Assembly: GCF_932526225.1 (NCBI RefSeq) | Contig: NC_064039.1 | Span: 6,321,459-6,385,458 of the forward strand | Direction of reading: 5' to 3' | DNA length: 64,000 bases | Origin: Nematostella vectensis | Taxonomy: Eukaryota | In this document: in pieces, positions 36,788-47,972 of the stretch | Position numbering within the stretch: the stretch's first letter is position 1 | Layout of the letters: each line of letters starts with the position of its first letter | Notes under the pieces: generated by a model | Told to the model about the DNA's origin: nothing | Database searches by the model: none | The model's input: only the letters and a program-made list of their open reading frames with translations | Program-made: the position numbers and the translations under genes

Positions 36788-37132
36788 GTTTAGTTAGATT
36801 GATGTTACATTTTTGGCGACGTTTTTTCGCGATACGCCTTACGTGTAACATGTCAAATTCATAGCGATGTTGCGCGAAAAATAAAACGGCTTGTGTAACA
36901 TGTACCGTCAACTTTCAACCCGTATCGCGGAACAACATTGCCAAACACGACTCGTCACGACTCGTCTAACATCACGTAATGGTGTAATGATTGGATATCA
37001 CCAATGATTAAGCCTGAAGCACCACGTGATAAAAGACTTGCTTTCTATATAAAATTCTAAAATATTGCTGTTATTAGGAGCCCTTTACGGACATCAGTCC
37101 ACGAACCAAATCGAAGCTCCCATCATCATTCA

Positions 37133-37490
37133 GGGGCTGGTATAAGCAAACAAAGTACTTGGAGGTCGCGCACCCTTACGGGTTGTTCAGAAGGTATGCA
37201 ATATCAGGCCTGGTATAAGCAAACAAAGTACTTGGAGGTCGCGCACCCTTACGGGTTGTTCAGAAGGTATTCAATATCAGGCCTGGTACAAGCAATAAGT
37301 ACTTGGAGGTCGCGCACTCTTACGGGTTGTCCAGAAGGTATGCAATATCAGGCCTGTTACAAGCAGACAATAAGTACTTGGAGGTCGCGCACCCTTATGG
37401 GTTGTTCAGAAGGTATGCAATATCAGGGCTGGTACAAGCAGAAAATAAGTACTTGAAGTTCGCGCACTCTTACGGTTGTTTTCAGAAGGT
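37133..37490. repeat. Tandem repeat of about 5 copies, roughly 65 bp each (ggctggtataagcaaacaaagtacttggaggtcgcgcacccttacgggttgttcagaaggtatgcaatatcag), in an LMF intron
   Basis: ORFs 37196-37456 and 37303-37497 are repeat artefacts. Confidence 0.85.
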
Positions 37491-37699
37491 ATGCTAAAAA
37501 GAGTTAAGGGATAATTGACAACGAAGAATGTCCTTTCTCAAATATTCTCCACTAAAAATAATGGTTGAACGGTAGTACGTAGCTTCGGACTTGGTAAGAT
37601 TTCTTGGTAAGATTTGAGGAATAAATGATGTGCCTTTTTCTTCGTGTGTCAGAATGTGATAATACCCAGTGAAAGGAGGTAACGAACGTCTTCTGTTCT

Positions 37700-37945
37700 T
37701 TCTTTTCTCTAGTATGACAGGAGTTGGAGGTCGGCCTGAGATTATCATACTTGGGAGTAATTCCACTGAGGGACCATGGAAGGTGTGTTTGTAGATTGAA
37801 ATATAATGTTCACGAAAGAAATTTGCTGTCGTATAACTCAACTATGGGGGCCATGGGAGGTGTGTTTGTAGATGGAAATATAAAGTCCACGAAAGAAGTA
37901 TACTGCAGTATAACTCAACTGAGGAGCCATTAGGGGTGTTTATTG
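37700..37945. repeat. Tandem repeat of about 2.5 copies, roughly 95 bp each (...ccatgg(a/g)aggtgtgtttgtagattgaaatataa(t/a)gt(t/c)cacgaaagaa...)
   Basis: Three partial copies are visible at 37720, 37815 and 37905. Confidence 0.7.
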
Positions 37946-38001
37946 AAAGATGAAATCGACAAAAAAATATACTAAAGCTAGTGTTACATATTTTGTTGTA
38001 G

Positions 38002-38056
38002 GAGTACGACTTTCTTTACAAGCCAGGGAACATCTACGCTCCACCGCCTTTTGTTG
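38002..38056 (+). CDS. LMF: LMF exon (EYDF)
   Basis: Protein: EYDFLYKPGNIYAPPPFV, compare human LMF1 [25 protein letters not shown]. Acceptor ttgtag|, donor G|gtacgt. Confidence 0.8.
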
Positions 38057-38343
38057 GTACGTATGTTATATGAAAGAACAGAAAAAAAAACAATTGTGTG
38101 CGACATGTTTCCTTAAAAAACATGTAGTGCACGACTAATCGGCAACGCAAAAATGGTTCTTAAATTCTTGGCTAAACTAGGATACATTAAATATGCTTGC
38201 AATAACTCGCCGGCAATAGGACTCGAGCATCAAGAATACAACCTTCGCGGATGAGAATTAAAAAGTGGAGCAAGTCAAAACCCAGTTAGCAAAATTCAAG
38301 TCGAAAAGTCGTACTTATATGTCGTACGTTGACATCTTTCCAG

Positions 38344-38581
38344 CACCTCATCAACCTCGGTTAGACTGGCAGATGTGGTTTGCAGCACTTGAATCGTACG
38401 AGTCCAATCCCTGGTTTCTAAGTCTTCTTCACAAGCTTCTTACCGGAGAACATGATGTGCTGCATCTGATGGGCGCGAATCCATTCCCGGTGAACCCACC
38501 ACGGTACATCAGAGCACAGCTCTTTACGTATCACTACACGCAGAACACGTCAAGTCTTGGGGACGTGTTACTTGAGTCAAG
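38344..38581 (+). CDS. LMF: LMF exon (conserved DUF1222 core)
   Basis: Protein: (A)[66 protein letters not shown]... This is near-identical to the human motif [16 protein letters not shown]...PPTYVRAQ.YKYWF. The donor at 38581 (AG|gtcagt) is chosen. A shorter alternative near 38549 cannot be excluded. Confidence 0.85.
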
Positions 38582-39223
38582 GTCAGTCAAACTTTGTATT
38601 TTGCTATGAAAACTGTAAAAACTTTAAAGGGGCTATGTCATCACCTGCGCATCTAGTCTGCGCATGGAGTGCAATGACAATTGTTTGTATGATAGCGCGT
38701 GTCATTAATTAGAGTTAGAACGATGCGCCGATAATAGCCATGAGTCATAGTGCGGCAATAGATTGCAACTTACTAGTTACATCACATTTCCCTTGTGACG
38801 ACAAGTCCAAAGCAGTCCCAGCTCGGGACGTTGGTTGTGGGATTTGTTTTGAAAAGGTCGGATCCATCATCACTGTCCCTAGTAACTTGTCAAGTAAGGG
38901 GTAAGAAAACGAGCAGACGAGAGAACAGCGAGAGAAAGCGCTTCTTTTGCTTACCCTGTTATTTTATAATGGGGAAAGAAAAAAAGCGCCGCTGGGGGTC
39001 GTGTTACTCATTTACCAGGCGGCGGCGGAGGTTACATAGCACGTCGTTTGAAATGTCAAAAGCGCGTAGGGACAGAGTTCGCTGGAGGAGCGAAACCAAG
39101 GCGATACGGTCAGTAGGAATAAGTACTTTATTCAACACTATCAATACATCAGACTTCATTTTGGAGTCAGATTATCCTATAGCCCGTGCACCATCCTGAT
39201 GTCCCTGATGTCTGCCTCCTCAG

Positions 39224-39344
39224 TACGAACACAAGCAAAGCGTGGTGGAGTCGCGAGTTCAGCCGAGAGTACCTCCCCTTCATTATAAGTAACGACACCC
39301 TTAGTGACCTGGAGAGAATGCTACTAGAATTTCGTATTTTTAGG
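39224..39344 (+). CDS. LMF: LMF exon
   Basis: Protein: (S)TNTSKAWWSREFSREYLPFIISNDTLSDLERMLLEFRIFR, compare LMF1 [34 protein letters not shown]. Acceptor cctcag|, donor AGG|gtaagt. Confidence 0.8.
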
Positions 39345-39419
39345 GTAAGTGGAAGATTTGTATCTCACGCTGGAATAAAAAAAGGAGACGTTTTGATAGT
39401 CAATTTTGTCTTTTTGTAG

Positions 39420-39593
39420 CCTGAGATCAGCCCTGAACCGGTCAGCGGATTTCTACAATCCCTTGTGATTTCCCTGAGGAGCAAACACAGGAAGACCACG
39501 GCACCAAATCTGATTGGAATGCTGCTGTTTATAGTCGTCGCTCTACTCATGTTTAAAGTCTGGTGGAGGAGAATGGGAAAGAGGTTTTGGTAA
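39420..39593 (+). CDS. LMF: LMF terminal exon
   Basis: Protein: PEISPEPVSGFLQSLVISLRSKHRKTTAPNLIGMLLFIVVALLMFKVWWRRMGKRFW*. It contains the C-terminal TM (compare LMF1 LLWGLLMAVGAV). The TAA stop at 39591-39593 lies inside ttttggtaag. Confidence 0.7.
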   Translation, partial: PEISPEPVSGFLQSLVISLRSKHRKTTAPNLIGMLLFIVVALLMFKVWWRRMGKRFW

Positions 39594-39900
39594 GGGAGGG
39601 GACTGTTGAGAGGTTTTAGTATGAGAGGGGAATGGGGAAAAGGTTTTGGTATGTGAGCCAGGCGCGTACCCAGGATTGGCTGAGGAAGTCATTGATCTCA
39701 TATGAAAAAAAGCATAGTATTGGAAGATTTCTTAATAAGACACGACCCACATTTTGGCCGCCAGCGCGCCCCTGTGTACGCGCCTGTGTGATATTTGGGG
39801 AGAGATTCCGGTAACTAAAAAGGTAACTATGGGGAAATGTTTTGGTAAGCGAGGAAACTGGGGAGAAGATTGCGGTAAGTGAGGAGACTGGGAGAGGAGA
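39570..39900. repeat. Dispersed short repeats of the motif GGGRARRGTTTTGGTAAG just 3' of the LMF stop codon
   Basis: gggaaagaggttttggtaaggg, ggaaaaggttttggtatgtgagcc, gaaatgttttggtaagcgagg and gattgcggtaagtgagg appear across 39575-39900. Confidence 0.6.
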
Positions 39901-41019
39901 CTGATCGTTGCATCCGTTGCATCAACAGCAATCCTACATTTGTGAAAGTCAAAGGAAAATGCGAACAGATGAACCAGAAAATATCGCAACGCACAGATCA
40001 CGTGGTACAGATCTGCCGATCGTGCACAGCTAGGCACGTAAAAGCCATGCAATGTCAATGCTTTGTAGTGTTAATGGAACGCTTTTACCAGCTTTACCGC
40101 GGTGTGCGACTGATGGTCGAGGGCTACTGGGCACGAACTAGTGCTGCAAGTACTTCTGGGTTGCTAAGAGTGAAGGCGAGAATCCAAGCCATCAGGCCTC
40201 CAATAAAAGTAAGGGATGTTTCCGTTACCCTTTACAAAACTCTTTTTTTTTGTCGATATTTTCATAATAACACTTTTAGTCATGACGTTAAGCAGGAAAC
40301 TTAGAGGGGAGGGGTTACTTATTCCTTAGGATAGGGGGGTGGTGGTGGACAGACACATTTCCTTCTCATATGCTTAATGCCATTCAAACTCTAATGTATC
40401 AGCTTCCCACCCTCCCCTCTCTAAAGCTCCGAGTACGCGCTCTTTTATGGAGCCTTTGTAACGAGTAATGGGCGAAATGTGGATGAATGTATTGAACAAG
40501 CTTTTTTTTGTCCACAGAAAAATGCTTGATGGTATGAGCACTGAGGCCCGTAAGAGTCTAAGTCGTTTGTTCTATTGGAATAATTGCTTTAGCAACAACT
40601 AAATATTCTAAATTTTGTGTATGTTTTTATAAGAAGCTGTTGTTGGAATGCCAATATGGAGAGCTAACAAAATTCCTGACCAAGCATTGGTCAAGGATAA
40701 GAAACTCTTCAATAATAAACTAATAAACTGGAGCTGCTATCAATAGCTATTGCGAACTGAACGATCTCTGTGAATAATTCCATTTTAAACTTTTTTACTT
40801 TAAATTATTTTTTAAGACACTTTGAGTCATTTTTTCTACCCTGCTAGCAGAGGTCTCTTTGAGTTTGTATTCGCCTGTCAGCCCGTTTCGATTTAATTGA
40901 GCACCTTATCTTATTTAGCTTTTAATTGCGCGTTGTGGTGATTTTAATCTCTCGCATACGGTTGGTTCTCACAAGGACGCGAACGCAAGCGTAAGCGCAA
41001 ACGGAACAGCAACACAAGT

Positions 41020-41215
41020 GAGAATCGGTCAAACATACGGAAGCCGAGAAGGGAGTAGTCCAGTTGCGCTTTCCGATAGCCCAACACTTTTACCGCTCTT
41101 CGCAACTCGGAAAGCGCAACTGGACTACCCCGTTAAAAGCGGTAGTAGTAATGAGCTCTCGGAAAAAGCGACTGGCTGACTGGACTACTCCGTTCTCGGC
41201 TTCCGTACAAACATA
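41020..41215. repeat. Nested palindromic / inverted-repeat cluster
   Basis: cggaagccgagaagggagtagtccag (41039) pairs with ctggactactccgttctcggcttccg (41183). ccagttgcgctttccga (41059) pairs with tcggaaagcgcaactgg (41107). Confidence 0.7.
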
Positions 41216-41317
41216 AGCTCAGGCGCATGAAAATCAAGCAGTTGCGTTCTCTTGCGCTTCTGCTGAAGCATGCGTTCTAGTGAGAATCGGAAAATTACAT
41301 TCGTTGCGCTTGCGCTC

Positions 41318-41712
41318 AGGGAGCGGTCATTTATTACTGGGTGGGGGAGGGGCGGCAAATATAGGGGCGCGGAAATATGTTTTTTTGGGGGCGCGGATTT
41401 AGGGGGTCACATTGGACGGTCATTAAAGGGGGGGTCACATATTTTTTGGCCGTCGAATTAAAGTCTGGTTTAAATATAATACTGAGCAAGAGATTCATTG
41501 TTCAAAGAAAATTATATTCAGTTCACAATGTTTCCTACTATTGTATATCTAGTTGTATATCTAGTGCAAATTTTTGGGCGTCCGGTCTAGGGGGGGGGGG
41601 GGGGGGGGGAGGAGGGTGTTTCACAATTTTTGTGCTTGGAATTGAGGGGGGCTAAAATTTTTGAGCCCAGGGTTTTTGAGCCACACCCCCCACGCCCAGT
41701 AATTAATGACCG
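41318..41712. mobile_element. MITE-like element of about 395 bp with roughly 33 bp TIRs and an internal G21 tract
   Basis: 41318 agggagcggtcatttattactgggtggggg. The reverse complement of 41678-41712 is agggagcggtcattaattactgggcgtgggggg. The interior holds the poly-G run at 41590-41612. Confidence 0.6.
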
Positions 41713-41760
41713 CTCCCTTACGTCAAAGTCAGAACCAACTTTTACGGATTGCTCGTAATT

Positions 41761-41832
41761 CTAGCCTGCTAGCCGGCTCTCCGGAGTTTACGGAAATCCC
41801 GAAACTCCGGAGAGCCTGCTAGCAGGCTATCG
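41761..41832. repeat. Perfect 26 bp stem hairpin (gcctgctagccggctctccggagttt ... aaactccggagagcctgctagcaggc)
   Basis: The two arms are exact reverse complements separated by about 14 nt. Confidence 0.85.
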
Positions 41833-43785
41833 AAATTCTGGGGAAACTCTCCCTTTTGCTCGCACTATTTTTCGGTGCTCGCAAGCTCGTAAGTGTTCGC
41901 CAAAAAACATCAAGTGCTTCAACAAATTAAAAGCATAACCCATGATGCATTGCGCGTGACAGTCAACACGGTTTTCAAGATGGCGGTTGTGTAAGTCTGT
42001 GGCGGTAATATCCAAAACGCCGCTATACGACCGCCAACCAGGGTAAAAAGATAAAAAATACCTAGATACTAATTAGACATAGGGTATAAGAATATCCCAA
42101 GCATAGCTCCAAGTGGTTTGAATGGCCTGCGTCGGAGAAAATTTATCGTATCCAAGAGCAGGGTAGGTTATTTATGTTTGGTTTGTGTGACTGTTTAGCA
42201 ACAGGCAAAAGCTTGTAATTTGCTAATTTGAAGGTCGTTTATTCTAAACTTCGTTGTATGATATAAGTCTTTTTTCCTCTGTAGGTTGTCTAAAAAGCTA
42301 GGTTAGTGATCATTTTAGTATTTAGTTGTTTTTGTTGACGTTAATATTATGGATCTGTCTGGATGGAGGGCTCGCATGGAGGATGTACAGATTTTGTTTG
42401 GAGTATGATTATAAGTCGGAAATAAGAAAAAACATAACAACAAAGCGAGAATTTGGCCCCGAGGAAAAATATTATATTCTCGGATATTATAATACAGTTG
42501 AAGTTTTCGTATCACTGAAGCTTTGTATTTTGTACGGCAATACATAGCTGTCAACCCAACTTGGATAAAAATCTTGTGAAATCAGAGGAAATACAGTAAA
42601 TATGTAAAAAAAACCTAGAGACGCAATGAGGGTGAATACAGAGAATGTATGAGCATTTTCACAAAAACTGTGAGAATTTTGATGAGGTCCAAAATCTTGT
42701 GACACCTACCTAATGCGGGTGGGTTGACACTTATGGGCGATATAATTTGAAAAAAAAAGGTCTTTCAATTTTAAAAACTTTTTTTTAGAAAACTCTTGTA
42801 TCAAGAAATGATCATGCACTAGTGAATTGAAACCCCCACCCCCATGGTCTGGGGGAAGGGTGGGGAATTAGACTTGGACCCTGTACAAGACAGAGAAAAG
42901 CCCCCACTCCCTCAGGACAAAACTGCAGTCATATGCTTGAACTGTGGTGGTTTCGCTAGAAACCTGGTTCACTTAAAAGCCAGTTTGCCCGTAGGTTAAA
43001 GTGCTTTGCTCGAAACCTTGGTTGGTTCGCTCGAGATTTAATACCGAGTTTACATCAGTTTAGTATTTTTTACGGGTTAAAATAGCAATAGAGAGGACAT
43101 GTAACTTCAGATTTGCCAATGTGTAATATTTGCAATAATTATTTGTATTATTTGTTGTATTATTTTTAGTGTCTTTATAGAAAAATAACTTATCTACTAC
43201 GACTAGTTTTACTAGTCATAGGGGGTCCAAATGACTAGTGCATAATACAAAACGGCAAGTGAATTATCCATTCTGAGTAAGCTGTTGTTTTGAATGTATA
43301 CAATTGGCTGAGACTGATTCAATCTTTTTTTATACTTAATATATCCTAAATAAGAGCTAACTGAGAACTGCTGCAAAAAGCAGTTGCAAACTGCTTGCAC
43401 TTGGGCTTGGGTGTTATGTGGAGCGCAAGTCAATTTCTTTGTCCTATAAATGACATCCAAACCTAACTTGCTTAACTTCGGAGGGATTTAGTTATGCAAC
43501 GAAAGTAATCTGCTTTAAAGAAGTCCTGAAAATTTGCAGAGAGTACAGTCCATTGAGGGCTGTCCCTAAGGAATTTGTCTGCCAGTTGGTTTGGAAATTA
43601 AGCTAAAATATGACACATAATCAAATAAAAAGTGTTCATAAGGTCAATTCAGCTGGCCTTTATTGTTTTCCAGACAGTAAAATTTGCCTGCAGTTGGTGC
43701 TTAGGGGCAACCCTGCATCTGATATACCTTGAATATAACTTCATTGAAAAAGTTACAGTACTGTATACTTGACTTTTCTTAGCCT

Positions 43786-44560
43786 GAGTGTCAGGCGATT
43801 TTATTTTTCAAAAGTCGGAGAGGAAAAATAAAAGTAGGCCTGACACAAATACTAGACGCGACGCCTGCCGCCCCTTTTCAGGCCACTGTCAAAATACGCT
43901 GACTGTCAATTTTCCAAGGACTCGTGTGGTGGTACAATCAAATGCCCAAATCAAATTATAAACAGCATTTACGTAAAACAAAACTACATTGGTGTTATAT
44001 GCAAGGGTAATAACTTTATACGCAAGGGTAATAACTTTATGCTAAATGATTTGAAACGCAAACATAGTTCACGGTTCAGGAGATTTACGATTTAAGTATA
44101 TGACTGCAGATCCACACATCACTAAATTACTACAGGATATTCACATCACCAATTTACTACAGTGCTACATGCTTTTTCGTCTAAATAGACAAACCACTGC
44201 TACAAATGCCATTATTTGATAAGCCCACTTAATCAACAACTCACGGGAAGTGCCGCAAACAATCCCAAGCATTCTTCGTGCTCTCACAGACACATTTCTC
44301 GAATATTCGGCGCCTGGTCTGTCTAAAAATTTGATAGCTACTACTAATGATGTCTTTAGTATTAAGCAGCTTCTATGACATCCAGTGCCTTTGATATAAC
44401 TAGTAGATATTTGCTTAGAAAAATGATAGCAATGAGAAATAAATACACGCAATGACCTGCCTTGGCAAAACATTTGAACACTCAGGTTCTAACCTGATAC
44501 TCAAGTTAGAACCTGAGTATCAGGCGTAATTTTTTCCGAAGAAAATAAAGAGGGAAAATA
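43786..44560. repeat. Two copies of a roughly 55 bp motif (cctgagtRtcaggcg..tttt..aaaag.cgRag.ggaaaaataaa) at 43786-43840 and 44505-44560. Each is associated with short palindromes.
   Basis: 43786 gcctgagtgtcaggcgattttatttttcaaaagtcggagaggaaaaataaaag versus 44505 acctgagtatcaggcgtaattttttccgaagaaaataaagagggaaaataa. Palindromic companions are gcctgacac (43840) and cctgatactcaag (44483). Confidence 0.4.
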
Positions 44561-44925
44561 ATTTGTTTTAAAATTTAAAGAAAACGATTTCTCTGATTCT
44601 GCTAACGCAAGGTCTAAAGCACTTTTGGAGTCTGTCATTACTCTGAGAATGAGCAGTCGACGGGCTAGGGTACTATATACAGTATAGCTGAACTAATCAG
44701 CGCGTCTCATTTGAGTACCCTTTGTTTTTTTTACCAATCCGAAGCCATTCGGGAATCCGTCATGAGAGCATTCGATTTGAACAGTACTTGTATCAGGCCC
44801 TTGTCTTGTTTCTTGCTGGCACGATAGAAACATAGGAGGGCCTGATAGTCTGGTTAGACTTTTCTAGGCCATAGCTAAGTGAATTCAAATAACACTGTTA
44901 TATTGCTTTTTTTTCCAGTAAAGGC

Positions 44926-45093
44926 ATGGAGGAAGGTATGTTGACCTTTGATGATGTCACTTCAGTACCTAAAGTCAACTCAGGTGTGAGAATACGTGAG
45001 CTAGATGATGGTTATGTCAACCCTGAACCAATCAAGCATGAAGAAGAAGAGGCCGAGCATCTATGGGAGGAGTTTCTGTCCCCTGCAAAGTTG
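44926..45093 (+). CDS. LRRC56: LRRC56-like leucine-rich-repeat protein, exon 1
   Basis: Protein: MEEGMLTFDDVTSVPKVNSGVRIRELDD...EEFLSPAKL, compare human LRRC56 ..SGVRVRELSW..VEEYLSPARLQ. An upstream acceptor (ccag) means a 5' non-coding exon may exist. Donor TTG|gtgagg. Confidence 0.7.
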
Positions 45094-45301
45094 GTGAGGA
45101 CAACTAACAATCATAACAAAATAGAAACTCTTCAAGGGCGAAAGAAAAGTTAAGTTTCAAGGGTATTTTGCTAAGCATAAATAAATTATCGCTTTTGTCT
45201 GGCTGGTGCAATCTCTTTAAATATGTGCTTCCCAGCCCTGTCTATTGTACAGTATCTCAAATTAGTTTCACCAACTCACCAAAGAGTTGTTTATTTTTCA
45301 G

Positions 45302-45450
45302 AAATCTCTTGCAGGTGTGCGAAACCTAGAGGACATTACACAGCTTGAAATGAATGTGAACACCAGGGAGAACAGTTTGGGAAATTTCGGTTCAATGCTT
45401 CCTAATCTGAACAAGCTCAAACTGTCAAATAGTATTATTTCTACTGTCAG
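45302..45450 (+). CDS. LRRC56: LRRC56 exon 2
   Basis: Protein: KSLAGVRNLEDITQLEMNVNTRENSLGNFGSMLPNLNKLKLSNSIISTV, compare human ..LEMCVDTREGSLGNFGVHLPNLDQLKLNGSHL. Confidence 0.85.
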
Positions 45451-45609
45451 GTACAGTATGGTTGATTTGCATGGGTTCCTCACAGAGATCTGCAATATTT
45501 TGGCAAGACTATACAAAGAAAGAATGAATAAATGCCCTTTCAAGTTAATCCTATGTTTAGTACTAACTGGCTCAGATTTACTTTATGTTTCATTTTTTTG
45601 CTACTTCAG

Positions 45610-45706
45610 GGATCTTGGTACATGTCTTACCAATTTGCGTATGTTGTGGATGTGCCGATGCTCTCTAAGTGACCTGGATGGTATCAGTTCTCTTTCCTCC
45701 CTTGCA
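45610..45706 (+). CDS. LRRC56: LRRC56 exon 3
   Basis: Protein: (R)DLGTCLTNLRMLWMCRCSLSDLDGISSLSSLA, compare human RDLGTSLGHLQVLWLARCGLADLDGIASLPAL. Donor GCA|gtgagt. Confidence 0.85.
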
Positions 45707-45951
45707 GTGAGTATGGTGATTAAAGAAAGCTAACTGTAGTTACCATTAAATGTATATTCAGCTCCTGGACATGTAGTCAATTGTATGATTTTTCTCTTAC
45801 CACACAGTGAGGTCAATTTTTTTAATATGAACATTTCAATATAATAAATTAAATTATTAGGATAACAGTTTTGTGCCTTTGGTGACCATTTATTAGTTCT
45901 TCTTAGGGTCATCCTAAGATGCTGATAAATTATTCTTAATGTCTTCAACAG

Positions 45952-46152
45952 GAGTTATACCTTGCCTTCAATGACATCAGTGATGTCAGTCCAGTCAGTA
46001 TGCTGGATAACCTGCAAGTGCTAGACCTGGAGGGCAACCTGGTGGACGAAATCGCCCAGGTGGAGTTCCTTACCCTGTGTTCATCCCTCAAGTGCTTAAA
46101 TCTGGAGGGAAATCCAGTCTGTACTGCACCTCACCCAGATGCTAGTGAAGAG
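45952..46152 (+). CDS. LRRC56: LRRC56 exon 4
   Basis: Protein: ELYLAFNDISDVSPVSMLDNLQVLDLEGNLVDEIAQVEFLTLCSSLKCLNLEGNPVCTAPHPDASEE, compare human ELYASYNNISDLSPLCLLEQLEVLDLEGNSVEDLGQVRYLQLCPRLAMLTLEGNLVC. Confidence 0.9.
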
Positions 46153-46572
46153 GTGGGTGTGACTAGAGTGTTAAATTCTTTTTTAATGTTGCCAGGTCAA
46201 TTTAGCAACAGGGAAATTAAAAACAAATTGTCCAACACATTGGACAATGGTCAGCAACAAAACATTCCCATTGTATTATATGAGGAATTTCCTGATAATC
46301 CTGGCTATACTTTATTCAGTGTAACAACACTTAGATCTAGTGATGTTCTTTAAGCAATTTTACCATAAAGATATCTCCTCCAAAGTGTAGGTATGAACTC
46401 GATACATCAATCATATTTAAATGTTTCTCAAAAAAAGGTGAAAACTCCAGTGACCACATGTATTGCATTGTACATTTAATGGTTGAGTTTACTAATGAGG
46501 TAAACATGATTCTCAATAAACCTGTTTTAGGTTTTTGACTTGCATATATGATGAATGCGTTGCTGTCCTCAG

Positions 46573-46798
46573 GAGCTAGCTTCCTATGACTACCGCAAGG
46601 CTGTTCACCAGGCAGTCCCCAGTCTAAGGTTCCTGGATGATGAACCCTTCCTGGTCGAGAAGGTGGATGGGAAGCCAGTTCTTCGTGATATGCCAGATTC
46701 TGCAAAGGGGGTACGAATACCTGACCACCTTATTACTGACTGGCATATCATCAATGAGGGCATTAAAGCAGTTGATGTTGCAGAAGACGATGAAAAAG
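46573..46798 (+). CDS. LRRC56: LRRC56 exon 5
   Basis: Protein: ELASYDYRKAVHQAVPSLRFLDDEPF...DWHIINEGIKAVDVAEDDEK, compare human YRAEVRKLIPQLQVLDEVP...DWLAVKEAIKKG. Donor G|gtatgc. Confidence 0.8.
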
Positions 46799-46879
46799 GT
46801 ATGCCTTCTTGTGGGAGTTAAAGTTTTTATAGATTAACGAAAAACTACAATCCATCTGCTACTTGATATTGGTTTGTAG

Positions 46880-47158
46880 TAACTTCTGTTGTGGTCGCTG
46901 TTTTAGCCAATAGACCCTCATCAGGTAACAGACCATCATCCAGAGTGGCCTCAGCTAGGCCAGGAACAGCTGCTGTCCGGCAGAGACCTGCTACAACAGC
47001 ACGACAAAGACCAGGCAGTGCAGCAGGCCAGAGGCCAGGATCCGCAATGGGTCAACGTCCAGGATCGGCGATGGGTCAGCGTCCAGGATCAGCCATGGGG
47101 TCCCAAGCAGAAGCAGCTGCTGTTTTCCAGGCAGATGATAGCAGTGATTTGACCCATG
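46880..47158 (+). CDS. LRRC56: LRRC56 exon 6 (low-complexity; three QRPGSAMG peptide repeats)
   Basis: Protein: (V)TSVVVAVLANRPSSGNRPSS...QRPGSAAGQRPGSAMGQRPGSAMGQRPGSAMGSQAEAAAVFQADDSSDLTHG, compare human ..EDNTSSLTHG|AGQVLCGNP. Donor CATG|gtaact. Confidence 0.7.
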
Positions 47159-47481
47159 GTAACTCAACCATTTGCAGGCAAAGTCTTGATCTTCAAACTG
47201 CTGGCATCTTGTTATTGACCATGGATTGGCGCGCTATTGATTAGCTTTTACAAATTTTCTACGTCATCTGAGGGCATTTTTTCTTCTGCTTGTTATAGTT
47301 TGTGGGCAAAACTGTTCATGAAACACGAAGAGTTTTTAAATTGATAGAGTCAATGCATTTAACAAAAAAAACAAGTTTTTATTGTTGTACTTTTTTCAAG
47401 TTAAATGATACAACAGCACTGATATCTTCATTCTATGTACTATGGTAGTGCTCAGGCCGATTTTGATCTATTTCTTTCAAG

Positions 47482-47537
47482 GATCGAGTGAGGTTATTTG
47501 CGGAAACATATCAAAGGCTTTGAAAGCAAGAAGAAAG
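47482..47537 (+). CDS. LRRC56: LRRC56 exon 7
   Basis: Protein: (G)SSEVICGNISKALKARRK, compare human AGQVLCGNPTKGLRERRH. Acceptor tttcaag|, donor AAG|gttagt. Confidence 0.75.
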
Positions 47538-47972
47538 GTTAGTAGTACCCAGCTTTTAATGGACACCCCCTCTGATGTGGAAAATATTAACACCCTTCAA
47601 ATAAGCGTCCCGTGTCCCTATCAAATAATTCTGGGACTCTACAGTAAAGCAGGGCTTTTGAGTCAACTTGTTGCCAATCTTGAACAGTTGTCATCCCTGA
47701 ACCTACTTATTATGGTTATCATAGACATAGTAGAACTTTGTTTAAAAAATATTTCACATTTAATAAGGTACTGTAAAGAATTTCTTTTTGTTGTATACAT
47801 ACTGAGAAATACTTACTGAAAACATATTCAGTAAACTTTTGTTCGTTCACTGGTTTCAGCAAATCAGAGGCGCGGACGATGTTTTTTTTTCGTGGTTCTG
47901 ATTGGACGAACGATTTTTTTTCACTGCACTTGAATGGCTTCAATCCCAACGCGGGGAGACGGGTAGCTTTGC

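Noticed and set aside
38795-40304. ORFs 38795-39199 and 39879-40304 as additional genes
   Set aside because: 38795-39199 is intronic or flanking sequence of LMF in the wrong frame and is R/K low-complexity. 39879-40304 lies immediately 3' of the LMF stop, probably in the 3' UTR, with no splice signals or homology.
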